DNA of 64,000 nucleotides, from the NCBI GenBank assembly GCA_951406725.2, contig OX597817.1, positions 137,950,001 through 138,014,000 of the forward strand. The letters are read 5' to 3'. Source of the stretch: Octopus vulgaris (taxonomy: Eukaryota). The position numbers were made by a program, and so were the translations under genes. The notes below the pieces were generated by a model. That model worked only from the letters and a program-made list of their open reading frames with translations, was not told the origin of the DNA and searched no databases. This document shows positions 44,340 to 58,853 of the stretch, piece after piece. The stretch's first letter is position 1. Each line of letters starts with the position of its first letter.

Positions 44340-46240
44340 TCATCTCTCCAATTTCTTCCACCGACTGGGCAGGGAATTCTCTACGGCCAACCTCGATTGG
44401 GAATAGCCATGCCTACCATCTCTTTTGCCCTGTAAGCCTGAACGAGGTTCTTGTACTTGTCGTGCTTGGCCACACCCTTCTTCCCACTAGACTGTAAGGT
44501 CGATCAGAATCACTTTCTTTGTCACAAAACTACATCCGGCCTCATAATTGTCGGAACGAATTAAATCAGCTGCAGTCTTTCCTCCGTGTCTACGTTTATA
44601 TTTCGTGTTTTGCCATCTTATAATAAACGGATTGTTTTTCTTGTCGTTGCCAATGACTTTTCTCCTTCTCCCACGACCTTGATTAATTGTGTTCTCATCT
44701 CCTGCAGTTGGTATTTCTTGTGTCTTTCTTGACAAAGCACCACATCTCCCGAAGTTAAATGATATTTTACACTGTGATAAGCTGTGCGCCAAAATGCCTT
44801 TCTCTCCACAAAGCCTACATAGCGTGTTCTCCCTTCACTTGTGCAGATTTGTTATAGTTGTTATGTTATACACCAGCGGCAGAAGCAAGGAGATACGGCT
44901 TGGTTTCGCTTCGTGCTCTTACTTGATGTTGCTGGGGTCATTCCGAGTTAGTCCCAGAGGTGTCATCATGCAGAGAACTGCGATACGGAAGGTGTTCATC
45001 TTCACAGGTCTGAACACGTTAGCTTCCTCTTCAAGAGATTTCATTTTGGCCCAGGCTTCCTGGGATAGTAACTCCACTGCTCTTGGTTTTCTTACTTTTC
45101 CTGGAGCCGTACATCAGCAAGGATCATGACTTTCTTTCCCTTAATATCCACTTTACCACATTGCAGAAAATGAGAAGAGTCGAGACCCTCACGTCCTGTG
45201 TATGTCATTCCAGTAATGCCACATGCGTTGAACATATTTTCAGCTTGTGCAACTATAATGTTAGGTGACCACTGCATATCTTGACGACTTTACACAATGC
45301 TGCCTTGATTTTCTCATCATGGACGACACGGATATAGATCCGTTATGATCTTATATACAGGTTCACTGATCTGAAACTTGATGGGATCCCTAACCTCCTA
45401 CGGAAGTGTTTGCTGATCTTCCCCTCCACTCCTTCCATCCTTACCATTGAAACCTCATATGTGCCATATGAATCTCAGGAGTAGTCCATGCTGGTAGAGC
45501 CTTGCTTTGGATTTTCTTTGAATCCTCGACCTTTCACTCCTCCCCAAACATTCTTTTATCAGCTTCTCTTCTCATCTGGGAATGTTGCCCCTGTCGATGA
45601 GTGACTCATTAAACCACTCTGTGAGATATTTAATCAGGTTTTCCTCTATCGATGGAATAACCGATCCCTACACTTACAACTCAAGCTCACTTCTCACCTT
45701 GTTTTCCAGATCACCATACTCCAAGATTTCTTCAGCTTAAACCTCAATCAGTTGCCATATATTTAAATGATAATGGCATCCGTTTCGACTCCACATGGGT
45801 TATGCTCATCACTGTGAGATCTTCTATGGACACCACTTATTGGATGCTGATGGCTTCCAATCTCAATTCTTAGTGTTTGGACTTCTTTATCAGCAATGTC
45901 TGTAAGGCGGTAAATTCTCACGAAGAAGAGAAATGTATGATGGAGAAATCCTGCAACCAGTTACAATTTCTTTCTCCGGTTTTGTCTCCCGAGTTGTAAA
46001 CTGGACCGTTTTGAAACACAGATACCTCCAAAGTAGCTGGTGATCATCTCAATGAGTGAAAGGATATAGCCATAGACTAGGGCTGCATATGTGAGTACAC
46101 AAGCGATCGACTCGTACGCACAGGGCAGGTTACTTTTGCATTCTGAGGCTTCCAAGATCATTTGACTGAGAATTGTGGTGTACTCTAGATATCCAGAGAA
46201 GCCCGAGAAGCCAGTTTTCTGGATAGAGATATCTATGTAG
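44340..46240 (-). mobile_element. HERO-like (R2/NeSL group) non-LTR retrotransposon, decayed RT plus restriction-like endonuclease
   Basis: IVTGCRISP, LYQHGLLLRFIW..YEVSM..VEGKISKHFRRRLGIP, CRLCGEKGILAHSLSQC, ILIDLTV*WEE and FPIEVGRREF across frames. Confidence 0.8.
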
Positions 46241-46249
46241 TCCGTTGTG

Positions 46250-46560
46250 AAGGCGCGTTGCCCTGTGGTTAGGGCCTTACACTCACGATCGCTAGATCGT
46301 GAGTTCGATCCCCCGTGTCAGCGGAGCGTTTTCTTTAGCAAAATATTTCCTTTTTCGTTGTTCCAGTCCGCTTGGCCGTAAATGGGACACTCTGCGATAG
46401 AACAGCTTCTCGTTTAAGGGCTAGGGTGGGGGGGGAATGCTGGCTCCCGCCAACTTGCCACTTGCTGAGTAGCATCATTCGAAAGCTAAAACGATGCTGC
46501 AAAGTGCACTGTGACCAGTGATGCATAACAGCATCCGATTGCATGGTCGATCAAGTGATC
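46250..46560 (+). mobile_element. tRNA-derived SINE
   Basis: GGCGCGTTGCCCTGTGGTTAGGG...GAGTTCGATCCCC A/B-box-like head. Confidence 0.7.
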
Positions 46561-46849
46561 ATAAGATGCAATCCATTGTCAGTCTTTTACAAGGTTATTT
46601 CTGGACAATAATATAAAGAAGCTTTTAACGCCAACACTTAGAAATGAAATGGTGGAATTGGTTGATAGCTGAGGAGTTTTCTGCTTTAGGCACAAAACAA
46701 AGCTCTGCTTTCTTCCAGGCTATAAAATGGTACCATTCTTCCAGATTTGGTAAATGCGAATCTGAGTCCTAAATGCGAACCTGGGTGATAAATGCGAACC
46801 CTCGCATCAAATCAGAAATTTCTAAGTCATCGCTATTTCAGACACAAAA

Positions 46850-47000
46850 TATTCTTTTCTACTCTAGGCCCGAAATTTGGTGGGAGTGGGGCCAGTCGAT
46901 TAGATCGACCCCACTTCGCAACTGGTACTTAATTTATCGACCCCGAAAGGATGAAAAGCAAAGTCGATCTCGGCGGAATTTGAACTCAGAATGTAAAGAC
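46850..47000 (-). mobile_element. SINE family A 3' part
   Basis: CTGGTACTTAATTTATCGACCCCGAAAGGATGAAAAGCAAAGTCGA core. Confidence 0.8.
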
Positions 47001-47333
47001 AGTGTGCTCAGCACACTTGACTCATTGGCGCAATGGATTCGCTGTCGAATACACAGTCGTCATTCTATGACGTACACAAGAGCGACTAGTATGTTCTGCG
47101 TCTGATCGTGCCAAGAGGTATTAAGAATAAATAGGCTCATAACCGTGCCAGTGAATTCGAACACTCAACATGTTATTCAAATTGAACAATGAATAATTAT
47201 CCCGGCCCTCAACAGATAAATAAAAACTACTCTTACGAGAGGTGGAGAAAAGAAATTGCTTAACATGTAACTAATAAGAAAATATATTCCAAGGAGAGAC
47301 TGTATAACATGCTAATAAAGAATTAATGAATAT

Positions 47334-47407
<74 letters not shown>

Positions 47408-47410
<3 letters not shown>

Positions 47411-48690
47411 GCCACTTTGACACCTTAATAGGTTTCGAGCAGTATTGGTCCAGGCCATGTCTAGCTTAATTGCATCACCTGGCAAAGTCATTCAAATCAG
47501 GAATTGGACAACACGGCCCACTCCAGGAGAGATTTATTGTTTATGGAGACATATCTGGACATAGGAGGTTTATCCGAGATTTTTTGAAAGAATTTGTCCA
47601 AAGGCTTCTTGAACTTTATGGGGTGTTTCTGTTTTAATGTGTTTTGGTGTAATGTTAAAGAGAGCCGGGTCAAATGAGGCGAAATAATTGTGCCGTATTG
47701 TTGTTATGTGAAGTGAGTATGATTTATGTTGTGGGCGGAATAAAGCTTGAGCTTTTCTAGTCGACCCCAATAGTCAAGGCCTGTCATGTCATCTATCTTT
47801 TTTGTGATTGACCTTTGAGGTGCTTCAATATTCATGATACTTTGTTTCGTGTGGGGAGACCACAGTGGACAACAGTATTCAAGGTGGGATCGAGCAAAAG
47901 TAGAGAAGAGAAGGATAATGGAGTGGATATCTCTCGACTGGAAATTTCTGAGAATGGAGGGACACATACTCTGCGGGCCATGTCAACTTTGCTGTTTATA
48001 TGAGCAGCCCAGCTTATGTTGTTGTCCACAATTACTCCCAAGTCTCTGATGTTGTTGGATGCCATGAGGGTTTCGCCTGAAGGAAGGGAGTACGGGGGTT
48101 TCAGGATATCCTCTTTTCCGAAGTGGATTAATTCGAATTTGTCCTCCTTCAGCAGTATATTGTTCTTTTCCGCCCATTGGATGACAGCCAGTAGATCTGA
48201 CTGAATGTATGTCCGGTCACCCACTTCATTGATTACCTTCTGGATCTTGTAATCAACTGCAAAGATTCTTATGTTACTGTGCTTGATGATGTCAGTAATG
48301 TCATTGAAGTAGATGATGAAAAAAAGTGGGTCCAAAACAGTGCCTTGTGGAACACCATTACTGACTTTGGCTGGGCTTCATTTTACTCCTTCGACTACGA
48401 TGTGTTGGGTTCTGCCTGTCAGGAAATACTTGATCCATTGTAGTAACTTTCCAGAGACACCAATGTCGGATAGTTTTTTTCAAGCAGATCTTATGATCCA
48501 CCCAGTCAAAGGCCTTGCTGAAGTCAAGGTAGATGACTTCAGTATTCGAGCACTCTCCAAAAGCTCTCAAAATGCCATCAAGGTGATGCAGGAGCTGCGT
48601 TAGGAACCCATGTTGGTTGGGATTCAGCAATCAGTTGCTTTCAAGAAAGAGGATTATCCGTGATCTCACCACCTTCTCAAATATATTGAG
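47408..48690 (-). mobile_element. CR1-group LINE 3' 1.3 kb between (TA)n tracts
   Basis: NQHGF, IYLDFSKAFD, GVPQGTV, IRIFAVD, IRDLGVIVD and RSHLEYCCPLWSPH. Confidence 0.9.
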
Positions 48691-48692
48691 AG

Positions 48693-48743
<51 letters not shown>

Positions 48744-48749
48744 CAGTGT

Positions 48750-49007
48750 ACATTTATACACACAAGAGGAATCCACTCGTCATCACGCTAGAAAGAACAG
48801 CTAGGTTCTAAAACCTCAAAATTAAGGATAAAATTCCGAAAGGAACGAAATGTAAAATAAAAACTTTTACTATCTAGATGGTAAAAGGTTTTAGTTTTCA
48901 TTTCGTTCCTTACGGAATTTTATCCTTAATTTTGAAGTTTTAGAACCTAGCTGTTCTTTCTAGCGTGATGAATCCCATGAGTGGACTCCTCTTATGTGTA
49001 TAAATGT
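48750..49007. repeat. Spacer-less palindrome with arms of about 125 bp
   Basis: Centre ACTATCT|AGATGGT at 48875/48876; arm CATCACGCTAGAAAGAACAGCTAGGTTCTAAAAC and its reverse complement. Confidence 0.95.
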
Positions 49008-49085
49008 GTATAAATGGACTAAATTTTTACACGCTAGGCCACTGGAAGTTAAAATTTCTATTAATTTCTATTTCCCTGCGATATG

Positions 49086-49147
<62 letters not shown>

Positions 49148-49352
49148 CTTATATATTCACATGCATATGTATATATTTATTTATATTATATATATTCATG
49201 CATATATCCATGCATGTATTCATACATACATAATCTGCATACGAAATTCTAAATATGTAAATGTACTGGAATACTTCAATGCATAAATGCATATTTCGAG
49301 GTACGATAGACAGACAGAAGTGAATTCACATTCAAAAGACGATAGACAGACA

Positions 49353-49394
<42 letters not shown>

Positions 49395-49421
49395 GGCAGA
49401 CAGACAGACAGACAGGCAGGC

Positions 49422-49588
<167 letters not shown>

Positions 49589-49748
49589 CATTCGCTGTGG
49601 TCACATCTATAATTGTGCTAAGCTAAAGTAACAGGTTCTGCAGTAATTAAAGTATTTTTGTCAACAAAGACGCAGGAAGACATACGTTCGCTCCGACTAT
49701 ACACCACATAGACTCCTACACGCACACACACACTTATGCTACATTCAT

Positions 49749-49782
<34 letters not shown>

Positions 49783-49899
49783 GCATAGACAGAAACAACA
49801 CCTCACAGTTATTTACTTAAGTGTTTTATACAAATATAAGTACGCAAAATATAGAAAATACTCATACATACATAACTATATATATATATTTATATGTCT

Positions 49900-49938
<39 letters not shown>

Positions 49939-50190
49939 ATATAAGAATGCTTATATATATATATATATATAACTATGCGCGCACACGCACACACACGCAT
50001 ACACACGCATACACACACACGCGTAGGTTTTTACGCATACACACCGCAGAAACCCATTTGTATGTATATACAGCACAGTGTCTGCGCGCGCACGCACACC
50101 CAATTAAACATTTTCACAAATTAGTTGTACGCTGACATAAAGACATCTTTTTTTATGGTTTCTTTGTCTTCCTTCCTGCCATACATACTC

Positions 50191-50258
<68 letters not shown>

Positions 50259-50691
50259 TGTCTGTGTGTGTCTGTGTGTGTGTCTGTGTGTGCCTAATCA
50301 TATGTTTTTAGTAGTGAGATTTCTGAAGCAGACAGTAGTAGAATCTACGCGATCGCAAGCAAAAGATATACATCTCCACGCACACACCATACTAACCCCC
50401 CCACACACACACACGCACGCACATTCACACACATAAACGCACACACACGCTCACGCATACACACTCACATTCGGGCATTCAGATACGCTTACACACACAC
50501 TACAATGCAAACGCATCCACGCACTCTAAATTTGGAGAGAGAAGAATAAAAGGAATCCCAATCTTGTGGTTGTTATTTCCAGCACTCTTGCACTCCTACT
50601 CACACACACACACACACATTTACTGAAAGGCAGCTGTATATTTTTGAAGATGATAGTGATTTCGAAGTTACCCCTCATTAGTGGTTTATGA

Positions 50692-50889
50692 ACAGGCGCA
50701 GGCGTGACTGCGTGGTAAAAAGCTTGCTTCTCAACCACATAGTTCTCAGAGGGTTCAATCCCACTGCATGGCACCTTGGACAAGTATCTTCAGTCTCACT
50801 AAACCCCTGTAAGTAGATCTGGAACATGAAAACTGAGCGAGACCCATCGCAGATATATGTGTGTGAGTATGTGTGTATGTCTTTGTGTA

Positions 50890-50941
<52 letters not shown>

Positions 50942-51415
50942 TGTGTCTATTTGTGTGTGTGTCTCTCTGTATCTGTGTTCTTCTCCCTACCACCGCTTGA
51001 CAAACGGTATCATGGCGGCGAGCTGGCAGAATCGTTAGCACGCCGGGCGTAGCCGTATTTCGTCTCCCGTTACGTTCTGAGTTCAAATTCCGCCGAGGTC
51101 AACTTTGCCTTTCATCCTTTCGGGGTCGATAAATTAAGTGCCAGTTATGCCCTGGGGTCAATGTAATCGACTTAATCCGTTTGTCTGTCCTTGCTTGTCC
51201 CCTCTGTGTTTAGCCCTTTGTGAGTAGTAAAGAAATAGGTATCGGTAGGTTAACATCTACGTGACGTAGCGTTTCTGAAAAAGCGACTGATAGAATAAGT
51301 ACCAGTCTTTTAAAAAAAAAGGTATTGGGTTTCGATTCATTCGACAAAAAATTCTTCCATGCGGTGCTTCAGTACAGCCGCAATCTAATGACTGAAGCAG
51401 GTAAAAGATAAAAGA
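50692..51415 (+). mobile_element. Family B SINE with a family A SINE nested at about 51013-51240
   Basis: Family B head GGCGTGACTGCGTGGTAA...GGGTTCAATCCC and tail GATAGAATAAGTACC...CCGCAATCTAATGACTGAA, interrupted by a GGCGGCGAGCTGGCAGAA copy. Confidence 0.8.
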
Positions 51416-51743
51416 TATTTACTCCCAGTCTGAATCCTAATGGTGACCCAAAGTGAATTTCGACTTCCATACATGCGTAAATGTTTTGTTTTTCGGAAAG
51501 GCAAACAAGCAACAAGATGTGTAAAGCTAAATAATTCCTTACTATCTCGAAGACACCCTCAACCATTTCCAAAGAAAGACCACCGATTGTCATTAAGTCA
51601 CTACCAGACACAACCACTCCACTCTCTTCTCCACACATATATCTTCAGTACATAAATACATACATACATACATACATACATACAAACATACATACATACA
51701 TACATACATACATACATACATACATACATACATACATACATAC

Positions 51744-51809
<66 letters not shown>

Positions 51810-52257
51810 ATGGATGGATGGATGGATCTTAATAATACTGAAACTCTAGACTTGTTTGTGTGTACCCGAAATGAGTCAGAAATAGTATATTTTATCCTAA
51901 TTCTTTTTGCATATTTATTTTCATATTTACCTTCGGCAGTGCAGTACAAACTTTTGTGATATTTGGACCTCTATTTATAAATGAAAACGATTAAATACAT
52001 TTTTGGGGTTGTTATTTCTTAACGAAAAATAAACTTGGCTTCCTTGACATCAACATACATACACACATATAGAATAGACACACATGTAAAGAATGTCATG
52101 GTTTTCAATCAACACAAACACACGTACGCTATCTGTGACATACACACACACATAGTCTTCGGCTTTCTAAGAAAAAAAGAACGTCGAATTTTTGACGTAC
52201 ACAATATTTCAATCATTTAGAAATATTTTTAACTGAATGTGATTCCATCATCCGGAG

Positions 52258-52594
52258 TTCGTTAATATCCGTATTTTTTTTTATTTATTTACTTTTGTTT
52301 TAAAGTGAAAGTTAGGAAAAAGTAAAAGATGTATGTACGTGAATATGAAATGGACGTGTGTATGTATGTGTGAAAGAATGAGAGAGAGAGAGAGAGATGA
52401 AGAGAGAGTGAAAAAGAGAGAGAAAGAAAGAGAGATAGAGAGTAAGTGAAGGCATGTGTTGTAATGTATACTTATATACATCAATACATATGCGTACATC
52501 TTTTTTGTGTATACGTGTGTGTGAGAGAGAGACAGACAGACAGAGAGTGAGTGAGTGAGCGAACGTGAGTGTTCTCATGTATGTCTAAGTGGTG

Positions 52595-52635
<41 letters not shown>

Positions 52636-52733
52636 GTCCATTTGATATACACATACATACATCTTTTACTTTCTCCTCACTTTCACTTTAAAATAAAAGT
52701 AAATAAATAATAAATTTTACGGAAATTAATGAA
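52258..52733. mobile_element. Fold-back/MITE-like element with ~135-bp imperfect inverted arms
   Basis: TTATTTATTTACTTTTGTTTTAAAGTGAAAGT..AAAGTAAAAGATGTATGTA..AAATGGACGTGTGT against its reverse complement at 52595-52733. Confidence 0.75.
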
Positions 52734-52849
52734 GAAAACCAGCTGATTCAGATGACAGTTCTGAGAGTCAAATCGAAAGATCACCCCAAGGGAATACCAT
52801 TACAGAAGTTTTTCCGAGTGCATTCAACGTATCTCAGCTCCAAAGATTT

Positions 52850-52990
52850 GGTTGCTATTGTTTCGGCATGCGTTCATCTGCCATTCGAATAATATGGCCA
52901 CACCATCTCATTTGGCTCCAAACAATTTAATAATTTTACTAAGATTTGGAGTACAGGAAGTACCTGTGCAGACGAATAATTTTTCAGTGG
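52850..52990 (-). mobile_element. RTE LINE fragment
   Basis: SQMRWCGHIIRMADERMPKQ. Confidence 0.75.
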
Positions 52991-53690
52991 GTGTAGCTTG
53001 CACTGCACTACCGTCACCTATTGGCCCAAGAAGACTTTCGCCAGTGTGACATGAAAATTGACAAAACCGGGAACTTCCAAGGCCTCAGGTTTTATTTCAG
53101 AGATTTCCTTCTCGTAGGTAGATCACCAACTAAGGTCAAAAAGCTTCTACCTGCCCATGAGGTAAGCTATCCCATTTCAGACACCAAATCGACATTCAAC
53201 CATTCTATAAAGTGATAAAATATCACTCTGGTGACCAACACGGAGTAGTTCATTCATAAAAGAATAAAAAAAGAGAGAAAAGAAAAGTACGATATGTGAT
53301 TTGCAAAGAATTATATAGAAATATAAAAAAAGTAAAAGATATGCAATAAATATGAATTTGTATATAAAAGTAAAAATATACATGTATATAGATATAAAAA
53401 AAATAAAAAGATATGATGTGTGAATAAAAATTAAATAAGAATTGAATATAAATAATATTTATAAATAAATATAAAGAACAGTAAAAGAAAAGAAAAAGTT
53501 ATTTTTTTCTTATATGTATATATATGTATATTTTCCTTTTATATATATATTATTTTGTCTTTCAGTTGCATATCTTTTTACATATATATAGACATATATA
53601 TACATGTATATATATGTGTGTGTGTGCATGTATATGTATATGTGTGTATATACACACGCACACACATATATACATACATATATATATACA

Positions 53691-53767
<77 letters not shown>

Positions 53768-53989
53768 TCCGTCGACTTGTAATAGTTTAATGAGAACTTT
53801 AACAGCATCTGGGTTACTGGTTTTGACGGGAGGGGCTTGCTCAGACCATGGGCTCTGTCCCTTTCTTCTAGGAACATTTTGAAAATACAAAGAAATAAAA
53901 AGAAATAAAGCTAAAGAGAAAAGCCCACAAACAACATCAAAATGTGAAATCCTTTGATTAATATAAAGAGAGACACAGTGAGAGAGTGC

Positions 53990-54146
<157 letters not shown>

Positions 54147-54183
54147 ATCAACCGACAATAATCGTGACACATTTTTGTTCCAG

Positions 54184-54239
54184 ACACCGATGGAGCCTGG
54201 GAGGGTGACAGAAAGTTCGAACGTTTGATCTGCTGCTGA
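54184..54239 (+). CDS. Candidate terminal exon
   Basis: Acceptor ATTTTTGTTCCAG. Phase 0 gives [14 protein letters not shown] (stop 54228, class-I PDZ-like end); phase 1 gives [17 protein letters not shown] (stop 54239). Confidence 0.35.
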
Positions 54240-54775
54240 TACAACGAATTTTCTAAAACATTAAAGAACATCAACAAGAGAACAGAAGCAAAAGAAAAAG
54301 CAAAAAAAAAAGAAACATCATTATCTTCTCAAAGAACATTTTTTTCTCTCTCTCTCGACTTTAGATCTCAAAATGTTTTCCAAGCATTTTTCTACAACGA
54401 TCTTTCTTTACATAAATTACTTTTGATAAAATTGCTGACTAGTTTTAATCAGTATTATGTCACAGACACCAACATTACATATCTTCATAGGCTTCGATTT
54501 CTCTCCTATGTCCGCACTTCAATCAATCATAAATATTATTTTAATATGCAAACCTCAACATATTGTCGTTGATGAGTCTAAAGTTTTCAGAAATTTTACA
54601 ACCTCAGAAATTAATTCTTCAAAAATATTTTGTTCATTCACCTGTGCAAAGATTTAAAGTACAACTTGATTCGATTCAAGGAATATTTGCATTTTATTAT
54701 TGTTTTTATTTCCTCATTCCCCCTCCCCTTCGTGTTTGAAAAGAATTGATATCACGTAACTTTGCACTCCCCTCC

Positions 54776-54850
54776 TTTGCGACACCCACGTAACTCGTGG
54801 CACCCATGTAGTTCGTGGCACCCACATTTCTTTTGGCACCCCATACTCCA
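54776..54850. repeat. About four degenerate 18-bp repeats (CGTGGCACCCAYGTARYT)
   Basis: Seen directly. Confidence 0.6.
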
Positions 54851-55319
54851 TGGCGTTCCGGCCAACTCAACGAGTTGTCGTTGCTTTCAGTCAGTCGTAA
54901 AGCCACATCATAAGGAAACTTTGAAATGAAATATTTTCTACACATTGTATTCAGCACTCTCGGCAGTTAATGTTTTACGTTTTCATATATGCCTAAAATT
55001 ATTTATTATATGTATACATACAGACACGTACCTACATAGAAGTATATACATATATACATTTACACACATACACATACATACATACATGCATGCATACATA
55101 CATATATATATATACATACATACATACATACATACACACATACATACATACATACATACATAGGAGGAGGAGGAGGAGGAGGAGGAGGAGGCGGTGGGGG
55201 TGGCGGAGGTGGGGTGGTGGAGGTGGGGGTGGTGGTGGTAGTCGTGGTCGTGGTCGTGTAGGAGGAGGAGGAGGAGGATTAAGAAAAGTGAATTGCTAGT
55301 AGTATACTTACTTCTCTTA

Positions 55320-55725
55320 ACCGTGAGCTTGCCGGACAGAATGCTTAGCGGCAGAACCGTTAGCACGCCGGGCGAAATGCTTTGCGGTATTTCGTCTGCT
55401 GCTACGTTCTGAGTTCAAATTCTGCCGAGGTCCACTTTGCCTTTCATCCTTTCGGGGTCGATTAAATAAGTACCAGTTACGTACTGGGGTCGATATAACC
55501 GATTTAATCCGTTTGTCTGTCCTTCTTTGTCCTCTCTTTGTCCCCTTGTGGGTAGTAAAGAAATAAGCATTGTCCGTCTTTACGTTCCGCGTTTAAATTC
55601 TGCTGAGGTCCACTTTGCCTTGCATCCTTTCGGGGTCGACAAAATAAAAACTAGTCAGGCACTGCGGTAGTTGTAATCGACATAACCCTGCGCTCCGAAC
55701 TTGCTGGCCTCGTGCCAAAATTTTA
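55320..55725 (+). mobile_element. Dimeric family A SINE ending in (ATT)n
   Basis: Two CACTTTGCCTT..CATCCTTTCGGGGTCGA cores. Confidence 0.85.
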
Positions 55726-55771
<46 letters not shown>

Positions 55772-55776
55772 TAGTA

Positions 55777-55834
<58 letters not shown>

Positions 55835-56699
55835 CTGTTACTATTGTTCTTGTTGTTGGTGGTGGTGTTGTTGGTATTGGTGGTGGTGGTGGTGGTGTTG
55901 GAATTGGTGGTGGAATTGGTGGTGGTGGTGGTGGTGGTGGTGGTGATGGTGGTGGTAGTAGTGGTGTTGTTGTTGGGGGGGGGGGGGGGTGAAACTCTTA
56001 CCCCTGCCTCTGTTACTTTTGTTCTCGTTACAACTATTATATATTTCCCTTAGATCAGTGTCAAACCTTTAAAGACGTATTCTAAAGTTCAAATCCCACT
56101 GAAATCGACTTTGTTATTCCATTGTCCCGGGGCAATAACTCGCAACAAAAGCTTCACTATGTCACCCTTCCATAAAAAAATTTTATTTTCTTCCAAAGTA
56201 AGAAATTAATATTGTGAGGAATAAGGAATTATCGAACAGTTAGAGTTCGTAGATACCCTGGTGATAAGTTCGATCTCGCAGAGGGGTTAAAATACTGACG
56301 TTTCGGAGTTTTGTATTTCATGACAGAACAGAGAAATACAGCGATATTTTTGGCCTGGCTGTAGGTAATCAGAGGTCACCTGACCAATCCTTAGCTAGAT
56401 CAACAAAACTAGTCTTCATAGCTGACCTGGCTACATCAAACGCAAACAAGGAGCCTTGCCCTCCACTGTGCAAGACAATCACAATCAACAGACATGGGAT
56501 GGCCTCCCCTTACACCTGCACAGTAGTCACGCCAATGTTGGTGTGTTGTTGTTGTTGTTGGCGGTGGTGGTGGTGGTGGTGGTTGTGGTGGTGGTGGTTT
56601 TGGTGGTGGTGGTGGTGTTGCCTTTGCTGCTGTTGCTGTTGCTGTTGAGCGAAGCGGTCTTCGTCCCAGTGGGAGAAGTCCGAAACGTGGTCTTTTGCT

Positions 56700-56990
56700 A
56701 TTCGTAAGACCCGCAGAAGAGAAACACTGAGAGCATCGACGGATGGACGAACGCGCATCCAGGCTCAGCGGTTGCGTAGGAAGTCGGGGACAAGAAACAG
56801 GAAGAAAGAGCGAGAGAAAGTTGGAGCGAAAGAGTACAACAGGGGTCGCCACCATCCCCTGCCGGAGCATCGTGGAGCTTTGGGTTTTTTCGCTCAATAA
56901 ACACACACAACGCCCGATCTGGGAATCGAAACCGCGATCCTCCGACGGCGAATCTGCTGCCCTAACCACTGGGCCATTGCGCCTCCACTG
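56700..56990 (-). mobile_element. tRNA-derived SINE
   Basis: Minus strand TGGCCCAGTGG (A box) and GGTTTCGATTCCC (B box). Confidence 0.75.
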
Positions 56991-57104
56991 CTGGTGCTGC
57001 TGCTGCTGCTGCTGTTGTCGCCGTTGAACGGGCCTTGTCCTTCAAATTATTGGACTCTCACAATTATCGGAGCATTGCGTAAATGAGAAAGAAGATAATA
57101 GAAA

Positions 57105-57638
57105 CAAGGGAATTTCTTGACAGAGCGGCGTCCAGGATAGATTTGATCGGAGATCTTCCGAGTCATTTTTGTGATCCATCTTAGAAGCTGCCAATAATAA
57201 AACACAAATGTAATTGATACGATCGAACATCCCAGGTACGGCCGAGTCCGATCTGTGCATCAGCTAAGTAAGTCCTGGGACCGAGAGCTAGAAGTAAAGT
57301 CCTGCTTTGGCCACCAAGATCACCTGGCTTTTTTTTCTGGGGAGCAAGTAAAGGATCAGTGTACGAGAATCGCCTGAAAACCATTAATGAGCTAAAAGAC
57401 GCAATCATAACCTTCACACGGTCCATACCGCGTCAGACTCTCCAAGATGTAGTTCAAAACATGTGTAGAAGAGTCAACTTGTGTACTGAAAATGAAGGAC
57501 AACACTTTCAACACTTCTTGTAAAGTGTTTTAATGTCTGGTAAATTTTAATGTATTTTTTTGTAGTCTTATACCATCTTAGAAATATTCATTTTGCAATA
57601 AAACACTTACTGCGGAGAGACTTTTCCAAGACCCTGTA
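57105..57638 (+). mobile_element. Tc1/mariner transposase 3' fragment with right terminus
   Basis: WPPRSP..FFWG..VYENRLKTINELKDAI...GQHFQHFL*; ends GACCCTGTA. Confidence 0.8.
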
Positions 57639-57744
57639 TAAGAAGAGAAATTCGATCTGGTGGAATATGAGTTCAAAACTGAGAGGTAAGTAGACAATAT
57701 TATAAAAACTGTCGTTCCTACTTTTTATGTGAATTATGTAAAGG

Positions 57745-58020
57745 TACGTGGGTGAGTGGTTAAGGATATTTGTCTCGCGGTCGGAATGTTGTGAGTTCAA
57801 TTCTCGGCGTGTGTTGTCTCCTTCAGCAATACACTTTATTTCACGTTCCTACAGTCCATTCAGCTGACAAAAATGAGTAGTACCTTTAATTCACAAGGGC
57901 CAGCCTTGTTGCATTTTGTATCACACTGAATCTCCTTAAAGACTGTTTAAGAATACGTCCGTACAGTGCTCGGCCTCTTGCACATTAACTGGAACACTGG
58001 TCGTCGTAACCGACGGAGGA
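57745..58020 (+). mobile_element. Degraded tRNA-derived SINE
   Basis: GAGTGGTTAAGG..GAGTTCAATTC..ACACTTTATTTCACGTT. Confidence 0.65.
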
Positions 58021-58677
58021 CCAGTCGGCTAATCAGTCTGTCAATTTATTTGTATCATCTCCCTTCACTCCACCTTCCTTTTAATCTTAAAAGTTTCTTT
58101 TGAGCACAAGACCAAGTTTTTTTCAAAATATGGAACATAATCCAGCAGAACTAAATAGCTTTTATTCTGAAACTAGAATCGATTTATCAATCATAACGGT
58201 ATTGATTGATCCGACTCTAATTTCGTTTTCTCATTAGGTTCGCCTTTTGTCTTAAGGACAAATTAAACTTCACATACGTCACTGATATCCTTCCTCAAAT
58301 ATTTTCCCACAAGAATCCGAGATCTTTTGTTCTTTCATTGGTTGTTTGGACAGAAGGAAGATGGCGGTCTTTTGAAAGACATCAAAGTTGACTGCATCAC
58401 TTGAAACAGTTTCGGTTCTTCTCAGAACTGTCTGTAAATTTAGTTCAATGTCACCAGTGGCGCATTTCCAGTCGAGGAAGCTAAGCGATGAAAGACAGTA
58501 CTAAGTAAAGTTTCTGTGGCCCTTTCCATCATTTATAGAGACCGAGGAAGTTAACAATGATGAAATTACTTTAGAAACGGTAAGGGAAACAGTTCTACAG
58601 ATTGTCTTGGAGAGTGGGGGACAGGTTGTTCGCTAATAACGCTTAAAAAATAAGTATTTCATAGCAACAGCAATAAT

Positions 58678-58806
58678 ACAGTTCTATATTTAAAAGATGA
58701 GGAATTATGCACATTATTTACACTATTTACATTATTTACATTTGGCGTAGTGGTTAAGAGCGTGAGCTACTAACCCCAAGATTCTGAGTTCGATTCTAGG
58801 CAGTGA

Positions 58807-58853
<47 letters not shown>

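Noticed and set aside
52855-52885. Hammerhead-like CAGATGA...GAAAC on the minus strand
   Set aside because: It is coding sequence of an RTE fragment (ADERMPKQ) with no stem I.
58743-58803. Functional tRNA gene (also 56905-56985)
   Set aside because: A and B boxes are present but the acceptor and anticodon stems are broken, and SINE body follows.
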